Shown: piece after piece, positions 1 through 8,259 of the stretch
How positions within the stretch are numbered: the stretch's first letter is position 1
Layout of the letters: the number at the start of each line of letters is the position of its first letter
Origin: an uncultured Alphaproteobacteria bacterium
GTDB taxonomy: Bacteria > Pseudomonadota > Alphaproteobacteria > Caulobacterales > Aquidulcibacteraceae
NCBI GenBank assembly: GCA_937967725.1
Contig: CALBSY010000298.1
Coordinates: 1-41,786, forward strand
Direction: 5' to 3'
DNA length: 41,786 nucleotides
Made by a program: the position numbers and the translations under genes
Notes under the pieces: generated by a model
The model's input: the letters and a program-made list of their open reading frames with translations, nothing else
Told to the model about the DNA's origin: nothing
The model's database searches: none

Positions 1-51
1 AGCCCATGACGGCGACGCCGGCGAAGCAAAACAGATCGAGCGCACGCAGCT

Positions 52-357
52 TCAAGTGTCTTTCTCCGCGCGGTCTGGCGTGGGGCCGCTCGGTTGCCGA
101 ACAAAGGCGCGATTGGCGCCCTCCAGATAGCCGCAGTCTGGGCACGGCTCGCCGCGAAATTGGCGCTCCTGATCGCAAATGTGGATTTGCACGAAGCGCT
201 GGCCCTCGGTGCAATCGGGGCAGGGCACGTACTGGCATGGCGCCAGTATTTGCTCCCTCGAGAAGTCGCGGATATCGTGATCGACCCACCACATGATGCA
301 GCACTCAGGGATGAGGCTGGCGCGGCCTTTCTCGATGTGCTCGGCGCGCGTCATCAT
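52..357 (-). CDS. Hypothetical protein with CxxC pairs (CPDC twice), possible Zn-binding
   Basis: Start overlaps the stop of 354..707; part of the coupled leftward chain. Confidence 0.6.
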   Translation of the reverse strand: MMTRAEHIEKGRASLIPECCIMWWVDHDIRDFSREQILAPCQYVPCPDCTEGQRFVQIHICDQERQFRGEPCPDCGYLEGANRAFVRQPSGPTPDRAEKDT

Positions 358-707
358 CCTTTTTCCTCATCTACCGATGCGGAGACCGGTTTGGCGCGGT
401 CAGCGCGGCGCATGAGTATCTCGGCAACGCGGCGGCGGCGGTCTCGCCGTCCGATGGACTTGTAGGCGTGCCAGAGCGCCTCCCCGTCTGGCCCGCCTTT
501 GCACAGGGCAGGGGCGTCGCTGTTTCGCTCGTGGCCGGGCCAAACGCGAAAGGCGTAACCCTGGTTGCAGTGCCAGACCGTTATGTCGATGGTCCGGCAG
601 TACGCTTTGTGTGGGCCGATCTCCCAATCGCACGGCTCGGAGAGGAGAATTTCGCGCGCCAGCATCTTCATCTCTGGCGAAGCAAAATATCGAAGCAGCG
701 GCATCAT
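354..707 (-). CDS. Hypothetical phage protein
   Basis: 4-nt stop/start overlaps with both neighbours. Confidence 0.7.
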   Translation of the reverse strand: MMPLLRYFASPEMKMLAREILLSEPCDWEIGPHKAYCRTIDITVWHCNQGYAFRVWPGHERNSDAPALCKGGPDGEALWHAYKSIGRRDRRRRVAEILMRRADRAKPVSASVDEEKG

Positions 708-1192
708 CCCTTGGCCTCATCTGTTGTCGCAGGGACCATGCCGAGCGCTTGTTGCGCCAAGCAGTAAACGCCAAACTCGCGTCGGTACTTCCGCAGGAAT
801 GACTCGCTGCCCATGCGATACTCGGCATTGTCCGACTTTGCGCCCTCGCTGTAGCGCTCAATCCCGCGCTGCAAGCGGTCGATCTCTTTGGCGATGTGCT
901 CGCGCAATGTGGCGCTGGCGCTCAGTTTGAAGGCGCGATCCGTATCGTACCGCTCTCGCTCGGCAACCTCGATATTGAGCGCCGACATATCCCATTCGCC
1001 CTTGGGCTCGTCGAAGAAGAAGCCGGGCGGCGGCGTCCCGCCCTCGCCAGCCGCCCACATGACGCGATCGGGATGGGCCCGCTCATAGGCGGCGCACATG
1101 ATCTCGACCGCATCGTGAAGGGCGCGGTGCGCGGCCTCCGGCATCTCGACCGGGAGGGGAAAGGTCACATTGATAACAACGATTCCGGTCAT
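704..1192 (-). CDS. Hypothetical phage protein (start MTGIVVINV)
   Basis: ATGA overlap with 1189..1506; start trimmed from ORF 704..1351. Confidence 0.7.
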   Translation of the reverse strand: MTGIVVINVTFPLPVEMPEAAHRALHDAVEIMCAAYERAHPDRVMWAAGEGGTPPPGFFFDEPKGEWDMSALNIEVAERERYDTDRAFKLSASATLREHIAKEIDRLQRGIERYSEGAKSDNAEYRMGSESFLRKYRREFGVYCLAQQALGMVPATTDEAKG

Positions 1193-1506
1193 GCCTTGCT
1201 GTCTCCATCGCCTAGGTCTTGTTTCGTGACCGATAGCCCGAGAACAACAAACCCGTCCTCGACACCGAATTGCCCGCCTGCGAGGGCGTAGGTCACGCGG
1301 CGGTGAAAGTATTTGCCGGTGTGGAGTGCAAGCGCCGGGTCGTACTCCCACAGGCGGAGCGTATCCCCGACGCGGAAGTCACGGTCGTTCTTGCGAACTT
1401 CAAACGGCTTGAAGCCATCGCGCACCGCCGCGAAATACTCTGGCCAGCACTTGAGGTCATGCACCATCGGGCTTCGCGATGGCGCGGTTTCTAGAACGTC
1501 GCTCAC
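1189..1506 (-). CDS. DUF3850/ASCH-like (PUA-fold) protein
   Basis: HDLKCWPEYFAAVRDGFKPFEVRKNDRDFRVGDTLRLWEY matches the family signature. Confidence 0.88.
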   Translation of the reverse strand: MSDVLETAPSRSPMVHDLKCWPEYFAAVRDGFKPFEVRKNDRDFRVGDTLRLWEYDPALALHTGKYFHRRVTYALAGGQFGVEDGFVVLGLSVTKQDLGDGDSKA

Positions 1507-1853
1507 TTGGACACCTCTGCCTTGGTTGTGACCATTTGCCTGACCGCCTCCAGCATCAAGCGAGCGTCTTTCTTGAAGATCGCGAGGGCCACCGGGGAGG
1601 CGCGGCGCATATCCACGCCCTGCATTGAGCGGAGCGCGTCGCGCTCGCGCGTGGCTTCCTCGGCTAGACGGCGCGCGATGCCTTCCACCAGCGCCCCATC
1701 TCCAGGGTCCAGGGCGGCGAGGAGAGCGGCGCAGGCAATGTCGCGCTGCAAATCCCTGGCGTAGTCCGGGGCGGCGTCGAAACTATCTGGCGTGTTCCAA
1801 TCGCGCCCGACAAGCCACGTCGCGCGCGCCGCCCGTTCAACAATCTCTCTCAT
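1503..1853 (-). CDS. Hypothetical phage protein (start MREIVERAARA)
   Basis: Overlap coupling at both ends. Confidence 0.65.
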   Translation of the reverse strand: MREIVERAARATWLVGRDWNTPDSFDAAPDYARDLQRDIACAALLAALDPGDGALVEGIARRLAEEATRERDALRSMQGVDMRRASPVALAIFKKDARLMLEAVRQMVTTKAEVSK

Positions 1854-2047
1854 GGCTGCTGGTCTTTCGTCGGGCGGTTGCGCTGCGCACAGCGGCAAGG
1901 CGCAAAGCGGCATATTTCGCACCAAACTAGCGGCGGGCGCAGCGCTTCATAGGTCGCCCGCGCGCGGATCGCGGCGAGATGCCATGCCAGGGCATCGATC
2001 TCAGCGGGTGTGCATCCTCGGGTTAACTCACCGAACGTCATCGGCAT
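1850..2047 (-). CDS. Small hypothetical protein with C-terminal Cys cluster (CEICRFAPCRC)
   Basis: GGAGG upstream of MPMTFGEL; stop overlaps the next start. Confidence 0.55.
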   Translation of the reverse strand: MPMTFGELTRGCTPAEIDALAWHLAAIRARATYEALRPPLVWCEICRFAPCRCAQRNRPTKDQQP

Positions 2048-2222
2048 TTGACCCTCCCTGACGCGCGGCCTGAGCTTTCGCGCCCATACTTTCCTGATGG
2101 GTCGGTACGCGAAACGCCGCGCGGCTTTGGTCCCACACAACGGCCTCGCCGTCCCGCGTATCTACGCCCCAGAGCGTGTCGCCCACGACACCGGTGAGCG
2201 TTACTTGCAGTTCTTCAGCCAT
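2028..2222 (-). CDS. Small hypothetical protein (MAEELQVTLTG)
   Basis: Fills the gap in the coupled chain; start overlaps the end of 2215..2703. Confidence 0.55.
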   Translation of the reverse strand: MAEELQVTLTGVVGDTLWGVDTRDGEAVVWDQSRAAFRVPTHQESMGAKAQAARQGGSNADDVR

Positions 2223-2703
2223 GCGCGCCGTCCTTCGTCGGGCCGTCGCCCAGCGGTTTCCAGTGCGTAGGCTCTGCGGCCCAGCAGAAATCATCCCCGA
2301 ACCAATCACCGGAAGCATCCAACCACTGGGGCTCTTCCCATCCGCCGCCAGAGTGACGCCTAACGATTGCGTGCGCGCCACCGTTCGTTTGGTCGGTGGG
2401 GTTTCCGTCATCATCGAGCGGGTGCTTGGGATACCAAGCCAAGACCTCCGCATCGTGCGGCGCCGTTTCAATTGGACGCCAAGCGATGGCGTCGTGCGCT
2501 TCGGCCACGTCCAGCGCGAGGCGCGCATAGGCGTGCCCTTCGTAATTCTTGTGCGGCAAGCCGGCGAAGCCCGCTTGCTGACTTGCCTGTTTTTCGAGGC
2601 GCACGCTCAAGGGCTCGGATGACGCCGGAGCGCGCCCGATGTAATCGAGGATCGAGGCTGGAATGACCTCGCGCAGCCGCGCAACCAAACTATTGACCAT
2701 CAC
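2215..2703 (-). CDS. Phage protein with DUF551-like C-terminus
   Basis: WRPIETAP ... EPTHWKPL motif pair. Confidence 0.75.
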   Translation of the reverse strand: MMVNSLVARLREVIPASILDYIGRAPASSEPLSVRLEKQASQQAGFAGLPHKNYEGHAYARLALDVAEAHDAIAWRPIETAPHDAEVLAWYPKHPLDDDGNPTDQTNGGAHAIVRRHSGGGWEEPQWLDASGDWFGDDFCWAAEPTHWKPLGDGPTKDGAHG

Positions 2704-2897
2704 TCACCTGCCTTCTGGATGTCGTTGTGTTCCGGTGGGCGACACTTGGGGCAAAGGGCGTAGCCATTGTGTCGCACAAGCCAGCCACGCTCGGCGGCTA
2801 CGATATGAGCGCCCGTCTCGTCACCGATGCCGCAATCATCTTCCGCATCGCATCCTCTTGCGTCGCAACACACTACAAATGTTCCGTAGATGCTCAT
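2700..2897 (-). CDS. Small Zn-finger-like protein
   Basis: CDARGC ... GW ... LCPKC; overlap coupling. Confidence 0.7.
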   Translation of the reverse strand: MSIYGTFVVCCDARGCDAEDDCGIGDETGAHIVAAERGWLVRHNGYALCPKCRPPEHNDIQKAGE

Positions 2898-3160
2898 GTT
2901 GACTGCACCTCCTTTGCAAGGCCGCGCTGGATGAGATCATCGATGCGCGCGAGAAGCGCCAAGTCGGCCTTCACGCCGGCATAGACGTGCCGATCATCGA
3001 TGGTCTCAACGTCATAGGCCTCCAATGGGTGATGCTCGTAACGCCGCTTAGCAGCGCGCGGCGCGGTGCAATAGCTGCTCACCGTGATGTACAGCTCCCG
3101 CCGAATGGATTGAGCCGCTTCACGGAGCGCATCACAGGCTTCCGCTGTCCAGGCGATCAT
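2894..3160 (-). CDS. Hypothetical phage protein
   Basis: Overlap coupling at both ends. Confidence 0.65.
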   Translation of the reverse strand: MIAWTAEACDALREAAQSIRRELYITVSSYCTAPRAAKRRYEHHPLEAYDVETIDDRHVYAGVKADLALLARIDDLIQRGLAKEVQST

Positions 3161-3627
3161 CGCCGATCCTCCGATTGGTCTTGTGATGGGCAGTTCGGCT
3201 GAACGTCTTGCGGCGAGACCTTCGCCAAGGCCGCGCGGGCGTTTTCGTAATGATGCTTGAGCACCGCGAAGTTGGTGTTTCCCATCAACTCGCGCAGGCC
3301 ATACTCATAATTCGAGAGAATACCTGCGACCTCGGAGCAAAGCTTGCGCCCAGTCTCATAAAGCTCAGGCGCGGCGGCGATCAGGCGGGCGTTGGCCATC
3401 AGCTCATCGACGGAAATCGGCTCGCTGCCGCACTCCTCGTGAAGCGCGCTCTCATCGACGGCTTTGGCGACCGTAAGCGGCATCGGAGAGTTGGTCGGCT
3501 TGTGCCAGCCACCCCGCGGATCGTCCGCATAGACGTTCTTGAACGCGATGGTTCCGCTGGCGTCGTAGGACAACATATCTGATCGTCCTGCGTGCCAAGG
3601 CCCCGGTGTGAACGTACTCTCAGCCAT
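3157..3627 (-). CDS. Conserved phage early protein (TPGPW...ANARLIAAAPEL family)
   Basis: Both recurrent motifs present; AGGAG upstream. Confidence 0.85.
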   Translation of the reverse strand: MAESTFTPGPWHAGRSDMLSYDASGTIAFKNVYADDPRGGWHKPTNSPMPLTVAKAVDESALHEECGSEPISVDELMANARLIAAAPELYETGRKLCSEVAGILSNYEYGLRELMGNTNFAVLKHHYENARAALAKVSPQDVQPNCPSQDQSEDRR

Positions 3628-3653
3628 CGCTACTCGCTCCTAAACGAACTGGA

Positions 3654-3917
3654 TCAGGCCGTGGCCCGGCGAACCGGCAGGCCGTTCACCATCTCGCTGC
3701 GCACGTCCACGCGGTTTGAGCGCATGGCCTTGTGAAAGCCGCCCTCGACCAGGCTGATCTGCACATCGTAGCCGCGCACCAGCCAGTAGGCGCGGATCGT
3801 GTCTGCAAGTCTCTGCGCGCCGGCGCGGTCGCAGCAGTCGGGAACCTCCGGCTCTTGCGCTACGGGGAGGGGGATGGCGAAGCGGCGATCGAAACGAAAC
3901 TTCTCAGCGAGCGACAT
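3654..3917 (-). CDS. Small hypothetical protein (MSLAEKFRFD...VRSEMVNGLP)
   Basis: GGAGG/AGGA upstream of ATG at 3917; start overlaps 3904..4152. Confidence 0.7.
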   Translation of the reverse strand: MSLAEKFRFDRRFAIPLPVAQEPEVPDCCDRAGAQRLADTIRAYWLVRGYDVQISLVEGGFHKAMRSNRVDVRSEMVNGLPVRRATA

Positions 3918-4152
3918 TGTTTCCTGCCTCCGTTCCGGCGATGGCTTCCAACAGACTTGCGACGTAAGCGAACTGAATGGCGGCATCGGCCCAATCATCG
4001 GTCGCCAGACAGCCGCGCGCGCAGGGCAGGCGCTTGTTCAGTTTACAGTGGTGATGCTTCCACACCGCGCGCGTGGCGATCTGCGGGATGGAGCGGGGAG
4101 GGGTGTTCTCCTCGAGAGCGAGGCTGGCATTGAGAGCTTGCCGCGTGTTCAT
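3904..4152 (-). CDS. Hypothetical protein
   Basis: ATGA overlap with ninB. Confidence 0.55.
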   Translation of the reverse strand: MNTRQALNASLALEENTPPRSIPQIATRAVWKHHHCKLNKRLPCARGCLATDDWADAAIQFAYVASLLEAIAGTEAGNNVAR

Positions 4153-4625
4153 ACTTCGCGCTCCAAATCTTCGCGCGCAGGCTCCGCCCCCGGCCCCGAT
4201 GGAGAGCCTGCGCGCGTCCCGCCTGACTGCGTAGCGGGAGCCTGTTGGGGGTCTGTGAAAACAACCCCATTCTCGGCGCCCCAGGCCTCAATGAGCGTAA
4301 TCATGTCGCTCATCTCCTCGGGACTGAACTCTGATGTGCGCGCGCCGAACGCGACAAAGCCGTTGCCATCCAGATTGGGCACAAGCTCTTGGCCGCGCAG
4401 CGAGGCGGAGAACAGATCCTTGAACTCGTCGCTCGAGCGCTTCTTGCCCGCCCATTCCTTCTGAGCGGCCACGTCATCAAGCAGGGCCCACATGCGCTTT
4501 GACTGCACGTTGGAGCGCACCGGCGGCTTGAACCAAAGCGTGTAGCCCACCGGGCAGGCGTCAAGCCACTTGCGCGCCTTGGCCCGGTCGCGGCCATTGT
4601 GGAGGGTGATCTTGGCGGGCTTCAT
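4149..4625 (-). CDS. ninB: NinB/Orf-family recombination protein
   Basis: RSNVQSKRMWALLDDVAAQ, VPNLDGNGFVAFGARTS, EMSDMITLIEAWGAENGV; adjacent to exonuclease and ERF genes. Confidence 0.88.
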   Translation of the reverse strand: MKPAKITLHNGRDRAKARKWLDACPVGYTLWFKPPVRSNVQSKRMWALLDDVAAQKEWAGKKRSSDEFKDLFSASLRGQELVPNLDGNGFVAFGARTSEFSPEEMSDMITLIEAWGAENGVVFTDPQQAPATQSGGTRAGSPSGPGAEPAREDLEREV

Positions 4626-5251
4626 GCCGCTTCCGCCTCCGCATAGTCGCGGCGCAGGCGCTTGATCGTATCGTCCACCTCGGCCAGAAACACCTCGACC
4701 TCGCGCTCAAGTTCAGTGATGACCTGCTGATCGCGGTACACGGTCGCGTGGAACATCCGCATGGCTTCGGGAAGGCGCGGGTCGAAAGACACGAAGTCGC
4801 AGAACTCGCGCCCGGTGCATGCCATCTGCCATTGCATCTGCAGCACATACTTTGCTGGAACGGTCGCGTTGAGCAGGGTGTCAATGTGGGTCGCGCTGTT
4901 CGGGCACTTGATCTCGACCAGGCCCTTGTCGCCAACCAGCCCATCGGGGGAGGCCCCAGACATGGCGATGCGCGGATGGTCGATGAAGGAAACCATGGTC
5001 ACGGTCTGGTCGGTGCGGAACTCATAGGCCGCGCGCGCCAGCGGTTCGTTCTCGACACCCCAGCGCATGGCGTCGTTCTGGTAGGTGTCGGCCGCCACGC
5101 CCGTCAGGCGCTCGCACACGAGCTGGGCGGCGTAGTTGGCCCGGGACGCGCCCCAGCCGGTTTTGGTTTTGGCCATGAGGTCAGCCACGCGCGAGGCCGT
5201 CACCTTGCCAAGACGCATTGCATGCCATTCGGGGGTGCCTTGCTCGATCAT
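4622..5251 (-). CDS. YqaJ/lambda-exonuclease family 5'-3' exonuclease
   Basis: QGTPEWHAMRLGKVTAS, GASPDGLVG, VEIKCP, QMQWQM, DFVSFDPRLP. Confidence 0.95.
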   Translation of the reverse strand: MIEQGTPEWHAMRLGKVTASRVADLMAKTKTGWGASRANYAAQLVCERLTGVAADTYQNDAMRWGVENEPLARAAYEFRTDQTVTMVSFIDHPRIAMSGASPDGLVGDKGLVEIKCPNSATHIDTLLNATVPAKYVLQMQWQMACTGREFCDFVSFDPRLPEAMRMFHATVYRDQQVITELEREVEVFLAEVDDTIKRLRRDYAEAEAA

Positions 5252-5991
5252 TGCGCGGGCTCCGCCTTCTTGGCCTTGCTGGCTTTCGCCTTGGCCTTTG
5301 CCTCAAGGGCCACGCGCGCATTCTCGAATTGCGACTGCCGCAGATCGGGAAGGCTCTCGACCTTGAAGTAGGCGCAGAATTTCTCGAGGTCGGCGCCGCC
5401 CTTGGAGGCCAAGTCCTGCAGGCGCTTGAGCTGGTCAGCGGAGATCGCAGCATCCCCGCCGGCCGCCCGGCCGTCATCGTCACCCTCGCTGTCCGCCAGC
5501 CCCAGCGCCAGCTTGAGCGTGTAGCGCTGGAGATAGGTGAGGGTGGAGGCGATCGCCTGGATTGCGTTCTTGTTGCCGCTGGTGTCGGCGCCGGCCGAGA
5601 GCGTGGTTTCCTCGCAATGTCCGTCCCGGTGCGAGAGGATGCACGTCACCGTGACGCTGCCGTTCTGTTGGCTGCGGTAGCGGTAGGAGAGGCCATGGCG
5701 CGCGAGCACAGGATCAACCGCCGCCGCGAACGCGCCGAGGTCCGCGTACTTGCTGTTGTGGCCCTTGCGGTTCTTCTTGATGACAGGGATTTCCGCCTTG
5801 GCGTCAGCGACGGCGGCGTCAAAGGTCTTGCGCGCCTGGTTGCGCTCATGGCGTTCCTGCAGGTCCATGAGCTTTTCGAGCACGCTCAGGTCGGCGCCGC
5901 GGTCCAGCGCGCGGGAAAGCATCTCCATGGGGGTCGCGGGAACGTGCGCGTGCTCCACCATGGTTGCGGGCAGGGTTTCTTGGTCAGCCAC
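5248..5991 (-). CDS. erf: ERF-family single-strand annealing protein
   Basis: KYADL, VTCILSHRDGH, QAIASTLTYLQRYTLKLALGL, DDDG. Confidence 0.92.
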   Translation of the reverse strand: MADQETLPATMVEHAHVPATPMEMLSRALDRGADLSVLEKLMDLQERHERNQARKTFDAAVADAKAEIPVIKKNRKGHNSKYADLGAFAAAVDPVLARHGLSYRYRSQQNGSVTVTCILSHRDGHCEETTLSAGADTSGNKNAIQAIASTLTYLQRYTLKLALGLADSEGDDDGRAAGGDAAISADQLKRLQDLASKGGADLEKFCAYFKVESLPDLRQSQFENARVALEAKAKAKASKAKKAEPAQ

Positions 5992-6334
5992 GTTTCACCA
6001 CCTCTCCATTCATTTTCTTGCTCAGCGTCTTGTCGAAGCCGCGGCCACGGATGCGGGAGCCTCCTGCGGCGGCGCGCTTGTCGGCTTGTGTGCGGCCCTC
6101 GGCGATGCGCTTGGCTTTGGCGATATTCGAGATATCTCCGCGCAGGCCGAACGTCTTGCGACGATGGCAGGGGATGCAGAGCAATTGGTCGGGCTTGCCG
6201 GCCTGCAGCGCATTGGGCGTACTGTGATCTGCCTCGAAAGGCCCCTCGCTGGTGCAGCCCTCGCGCGCGCACATTCCGGCTTGACGCTCAAGCAGAGCGT
6301 GGCGCTCGGAGTCGGTGAGATATTTCCGGCTCAT
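5984..6334 (-). CDS. HNH-family endonuclease-like protein
   Basis: C...C, EADH, LCIPCHRRKT, then DIxxIAKAKR. Confidence 0.8.
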   Translation of the reverse strand: MSRKYLTDSERHALLERQAGMCAREGCTSEGPFEADHSTPNALQAGKPDQLLCIPCHRRKTFGLRGDISNIAKAKRIAEGRTQADKRAAAGGSRIRGRGFDKTLSKKMNGEVVKRG

Positions 6335-6420
6335 CGCGCAAGCGCCAGAGCGAAGCTGCCCCAGAGCGCGGCGAGGGAAGCGATCATCAGGCCCCAGGAG
6401 AGGGCGCGGGTGCGGTTCAT
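6331..6420 (-). CDS. 29-aa membrane peptide
   Basis: MNRTRALSWGLMIASLAALWGSFALALAR; ATGA overlaps at both ends. Confidence 0.55.
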   Translation of the reverse strand: MNRTRALSWGLMIASLAALWGSFALALAR

Positions 6421-6647
6421 GGCTTCACCTTTCTCATCGAGGTTTCGCGGACCCATGCGGCCCAAGGCTCGATCTCCGAAGCGCGCTGATCCTTTGGCAT
6501 GCCCGCGAAAAGCATGGCCGCGCATGTGCCAAGAGCGTTGACGGCTTTCTGGCTGTCGAGATGGCCCTCCGGGTCGCGGTAGATGCGTCCAAGCTCATCC
6601 ATGACCGCGTTGACCGCGCGCATCTGCGTCCCAAGATTGTCGGTCAT
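6417..6647 (-). CDS. Hypothetical protein ending RKVKP
   Basis: ATGA coupling; AAGGTG ribosome-binding site. Confidence 0.65.
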   Translation of the reverse strand: MTDNLGTQMRAVNAVMDELGRIYRDPEGHLDSQKAVNALGTCAAMLFAGMPKDQRASEIEPWAAWVRETSMRKVKP

Positions 6648-6658
6648 GGCTTCACCTT
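6417..6658. repeat. 15-bp direct repeat TCATGGCTTCACCTT at 6417-6431 and 6644-6658
   Basis: Identical copies read directly; minus-strand reading AAGGTGAAGCCATGA. Confidence 0.85.
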
Positions 6659-6814
6659 CCGCAGAAGCGCATCCATGTGCGCGCTGATGGGCTTGAACGG
6701 CATCAGTGGTTCGGGTTGCGGCGCGCGCCCTCGCTCTGGGGGGAGTGGGGAAAGACGCGCGCCGCTCTCCGCCGCGCGCGGGAACCCTGAAGGAGCGCGA
6801 GGAGACTGTTTCAT
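6644..6814 (-). CDS. 56-aa Pro-rich hypothetical protein ending RKVKP (below ORF-track cutoff)
   Basis: Manual translation MKQSPRAP...LLRKVKP; ATGA overlaps at both ends. Confidence 0.45.
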   Translation of the reverse strand: MKQSPRAPSGFPRAAESGARLSPLPPERGRAPQPEPLMPFKPISAHMDALLRKVKP

Positions 6815-7101
6815 TCGGAGTGCTCCGTGATCTTGGCGATCAGGCGTTCGGTGAGTTGCTGAACCGGCGCGGCCTTGCGGAGCTCTTGGTTTTCATCTTC
6901 GCAGAAATGCGCGACCACCAGCAGCGCAGCGGCAAATTCTGTCGTCATCTCTGGCGTCATCGGCACCCATTCTCCGAATGCCTCGTCCTCGTTGATCTTG
7001 ATGCGGAACTCGACCCAGCCGCCGTCATCACCGCCGCGAAGCTCGACGGTCTGATTGCAGTTGTAGTCGTTCACCTCGAACGACATGCGCGTGTAAGCCA
7101 T
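6811..7101 (-). CDS. Hypothetical protein (MAYTRMSFEV)
   Basis: TAATG coupling with 7101..7556. Confidence 0.7.
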   Translation of the reverse strand: MAYTRMSFEVNDYNCNQTVELRGGDDGGWVEFRIKINEDEAFGEWVPMTPEMTTEFAAALLVVAHFCEDENQELRKAAPVQQLTERLIAKITEHSE

Positions 7102-7556
7102 TAGTCTTGCTCCGGATAACGGACGCCAAGGAGGATGTGAGCCGAGAGCGTTTCCAGCTTGGAGGCGATCTCCAGGGCGGCGACGCACGCGTCGAGATCG
7201 CCCCAGCCTTTGAGCGTGGCCGCGCGGCTCGAGCAGATTTCAGCGATCAGAGAGAACTCGGTCGCGGCTGCTTCCTTGAGGGAGCGGCAGACTGAATCGG
7301 GAGAGGACGGCCGGCGCGCGCGCGCCTCATCCTTGAAGGCTTGCTGCTGGGCTTTGTCGTCTCCGCGCAGCGCGCCCAGAACCTCGGTCAAGCACCCGGC
7401 CAAGTCAGAGGCCTTGCGCGGCTTCAAGCCGAACTCGGAGCGCGGCGGGGTCACGTTCTCAGGCTCGCCCTCGCCAAACAGGCGTTCAGGCTCCGCAACA
7501 GGAAGCGACGCAAGAGGCGCGTTCTTGCGCGGGGGGAGGGTAATCACGTCACCCAT
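7101..7556 (-). CDS. Hypothetical protein
   Basis: Coupled to both neighbours. Confidence 0.7.
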   Translation of the reverse strand: MGDVITLPPRKNAPLASLPVAEPERLFGEGEPENVTPPRSEFGLKPRKASDLAGCLTEVLGALRGDDKAQQQAFKDEARARRPSSPDSVCRSLKEAAATEFSLIAEICSSRAATLKGWGDLDACVAALEIASKLETLSAHILLGVRYPEQD

Positions 7557-7824
7557 GGAGAACGCCCCCTTGTTCTTTGTTCTGGGCGTTGCGCGCGATG
7601 TACGTGTTGAGGAGGAAGCAGCGCACGCAGCTTGCCACGCCCTGCCCCGGTTGCCTCAGCTTTCGGAGGCTGCTGATCAGCCGGGACACCGTGGTTTTTC
7701 GTAAGTCAGCCTCAGCCTCCAGCGCGATCCAGAAGATCGGCTCGAGCGCAACGGCGGTTTTGTGGCCATCCAGGCTGAGCGAGCGCTTCTCTAGCGCGCG
7801 CAGCATCACTCGCCGCGCGCTCAT
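7549..7824 (-). CDS. Ribbon-helix-helix (RHH_4-type) DNA-binding protein
   Basis: KRSLSLDGHKTAVALEPIFW signature; start MSARRVM overlaps the upstream stop. Confidence 0.85.
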   Translation of the reverse strand: MSARRVMLRALEKRSLSLDGHKTAVALEPIFWIALEAEADLRKTTVSRLISSLRKLRQPGQGVASCVRCFLLNTYIARNAQNKEQGGVLHG

Positions 7825-8138
7825 GCGTCCTCTCCCGCCTGCTCGCGGAGGTCGCGCAGAAGGTCCGCATCCAGCCACTCGCCGGCGGTTTCGTCCGCCA
7901 GCTCGGCCGCGTGTTCGATCTGCTCCTCAGAGGAGAGGGGGGCGCGGGCACGGTGGTCATAGACCTCGAGCACCCCGGCTTCGTCGGCTGCGCGGGCTAC
8001 GGCGCGCGCGGCGTCACGAAAGGAAGCGATCGCGCTTTCCAGCTTGGCCAGAGCCTTAGAGGCTTCCCGGCGCTCATAGGCGTTCGGGCTGTAATCGGCG
8101 TCGCGTTCGTAGTCGGCGCGGTCGGGGGAGAGGGACAA
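7821..8138 (-). CDS. First gene of the leftward operon, hypothetical
   Basis: AAGGAAGGAG upstream of TTG at 8138, just downstream of the PL-like promoter. Confidence 0.7.
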   Translation of the reverse strand: MSLSPDRADYERDADYSPNAYERREASKALAKLESAIASFRDAARAVARAADEAGVLEVYDHRARAPLSSEEQIEHAAELADETAGEWLDADLLRDLREQAGEDA

Positions 8139-8166
8139 GGCAATCGCTCCTTCCTTTGATGGAGCC

Positions 8167-8195
8167 AATATGCCGGTGGCAAATATGCCAGTCAA
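8167..8195 (-). promoter_or_regulatory. PL-like sigma70 promoter TTGACT-N17-CATATT
   Basis: -35 at 8195-8190, -10 at 8172-8167, operator in the spacer. Confidence 0.75.
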
Positions 8196-8217
8196 TGCGA
8201 AAATGGCAAAAATGCCA
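8177..8217. promoter_or_regulatory. OL operators TGGCAAATATGCCA (8177-8190) and TGGCAAAAATGCCA (8204-8217)
   Basis: Palindrome TGGCA-N4-TGCCA; the first copy recurs exactly at 9017-9030. Confidence 0.8.
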
Positions 8218-8259
8218 AATAATTTGCGTCAACCAATTGTTAAGGAGTGGTCGATTGGA

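Noticed and set aside
5218-6541. Long plus-strand ORFs opposite erf and the HNH gene
   Set aside because: Shadow frames of the coupled minus-strand operon
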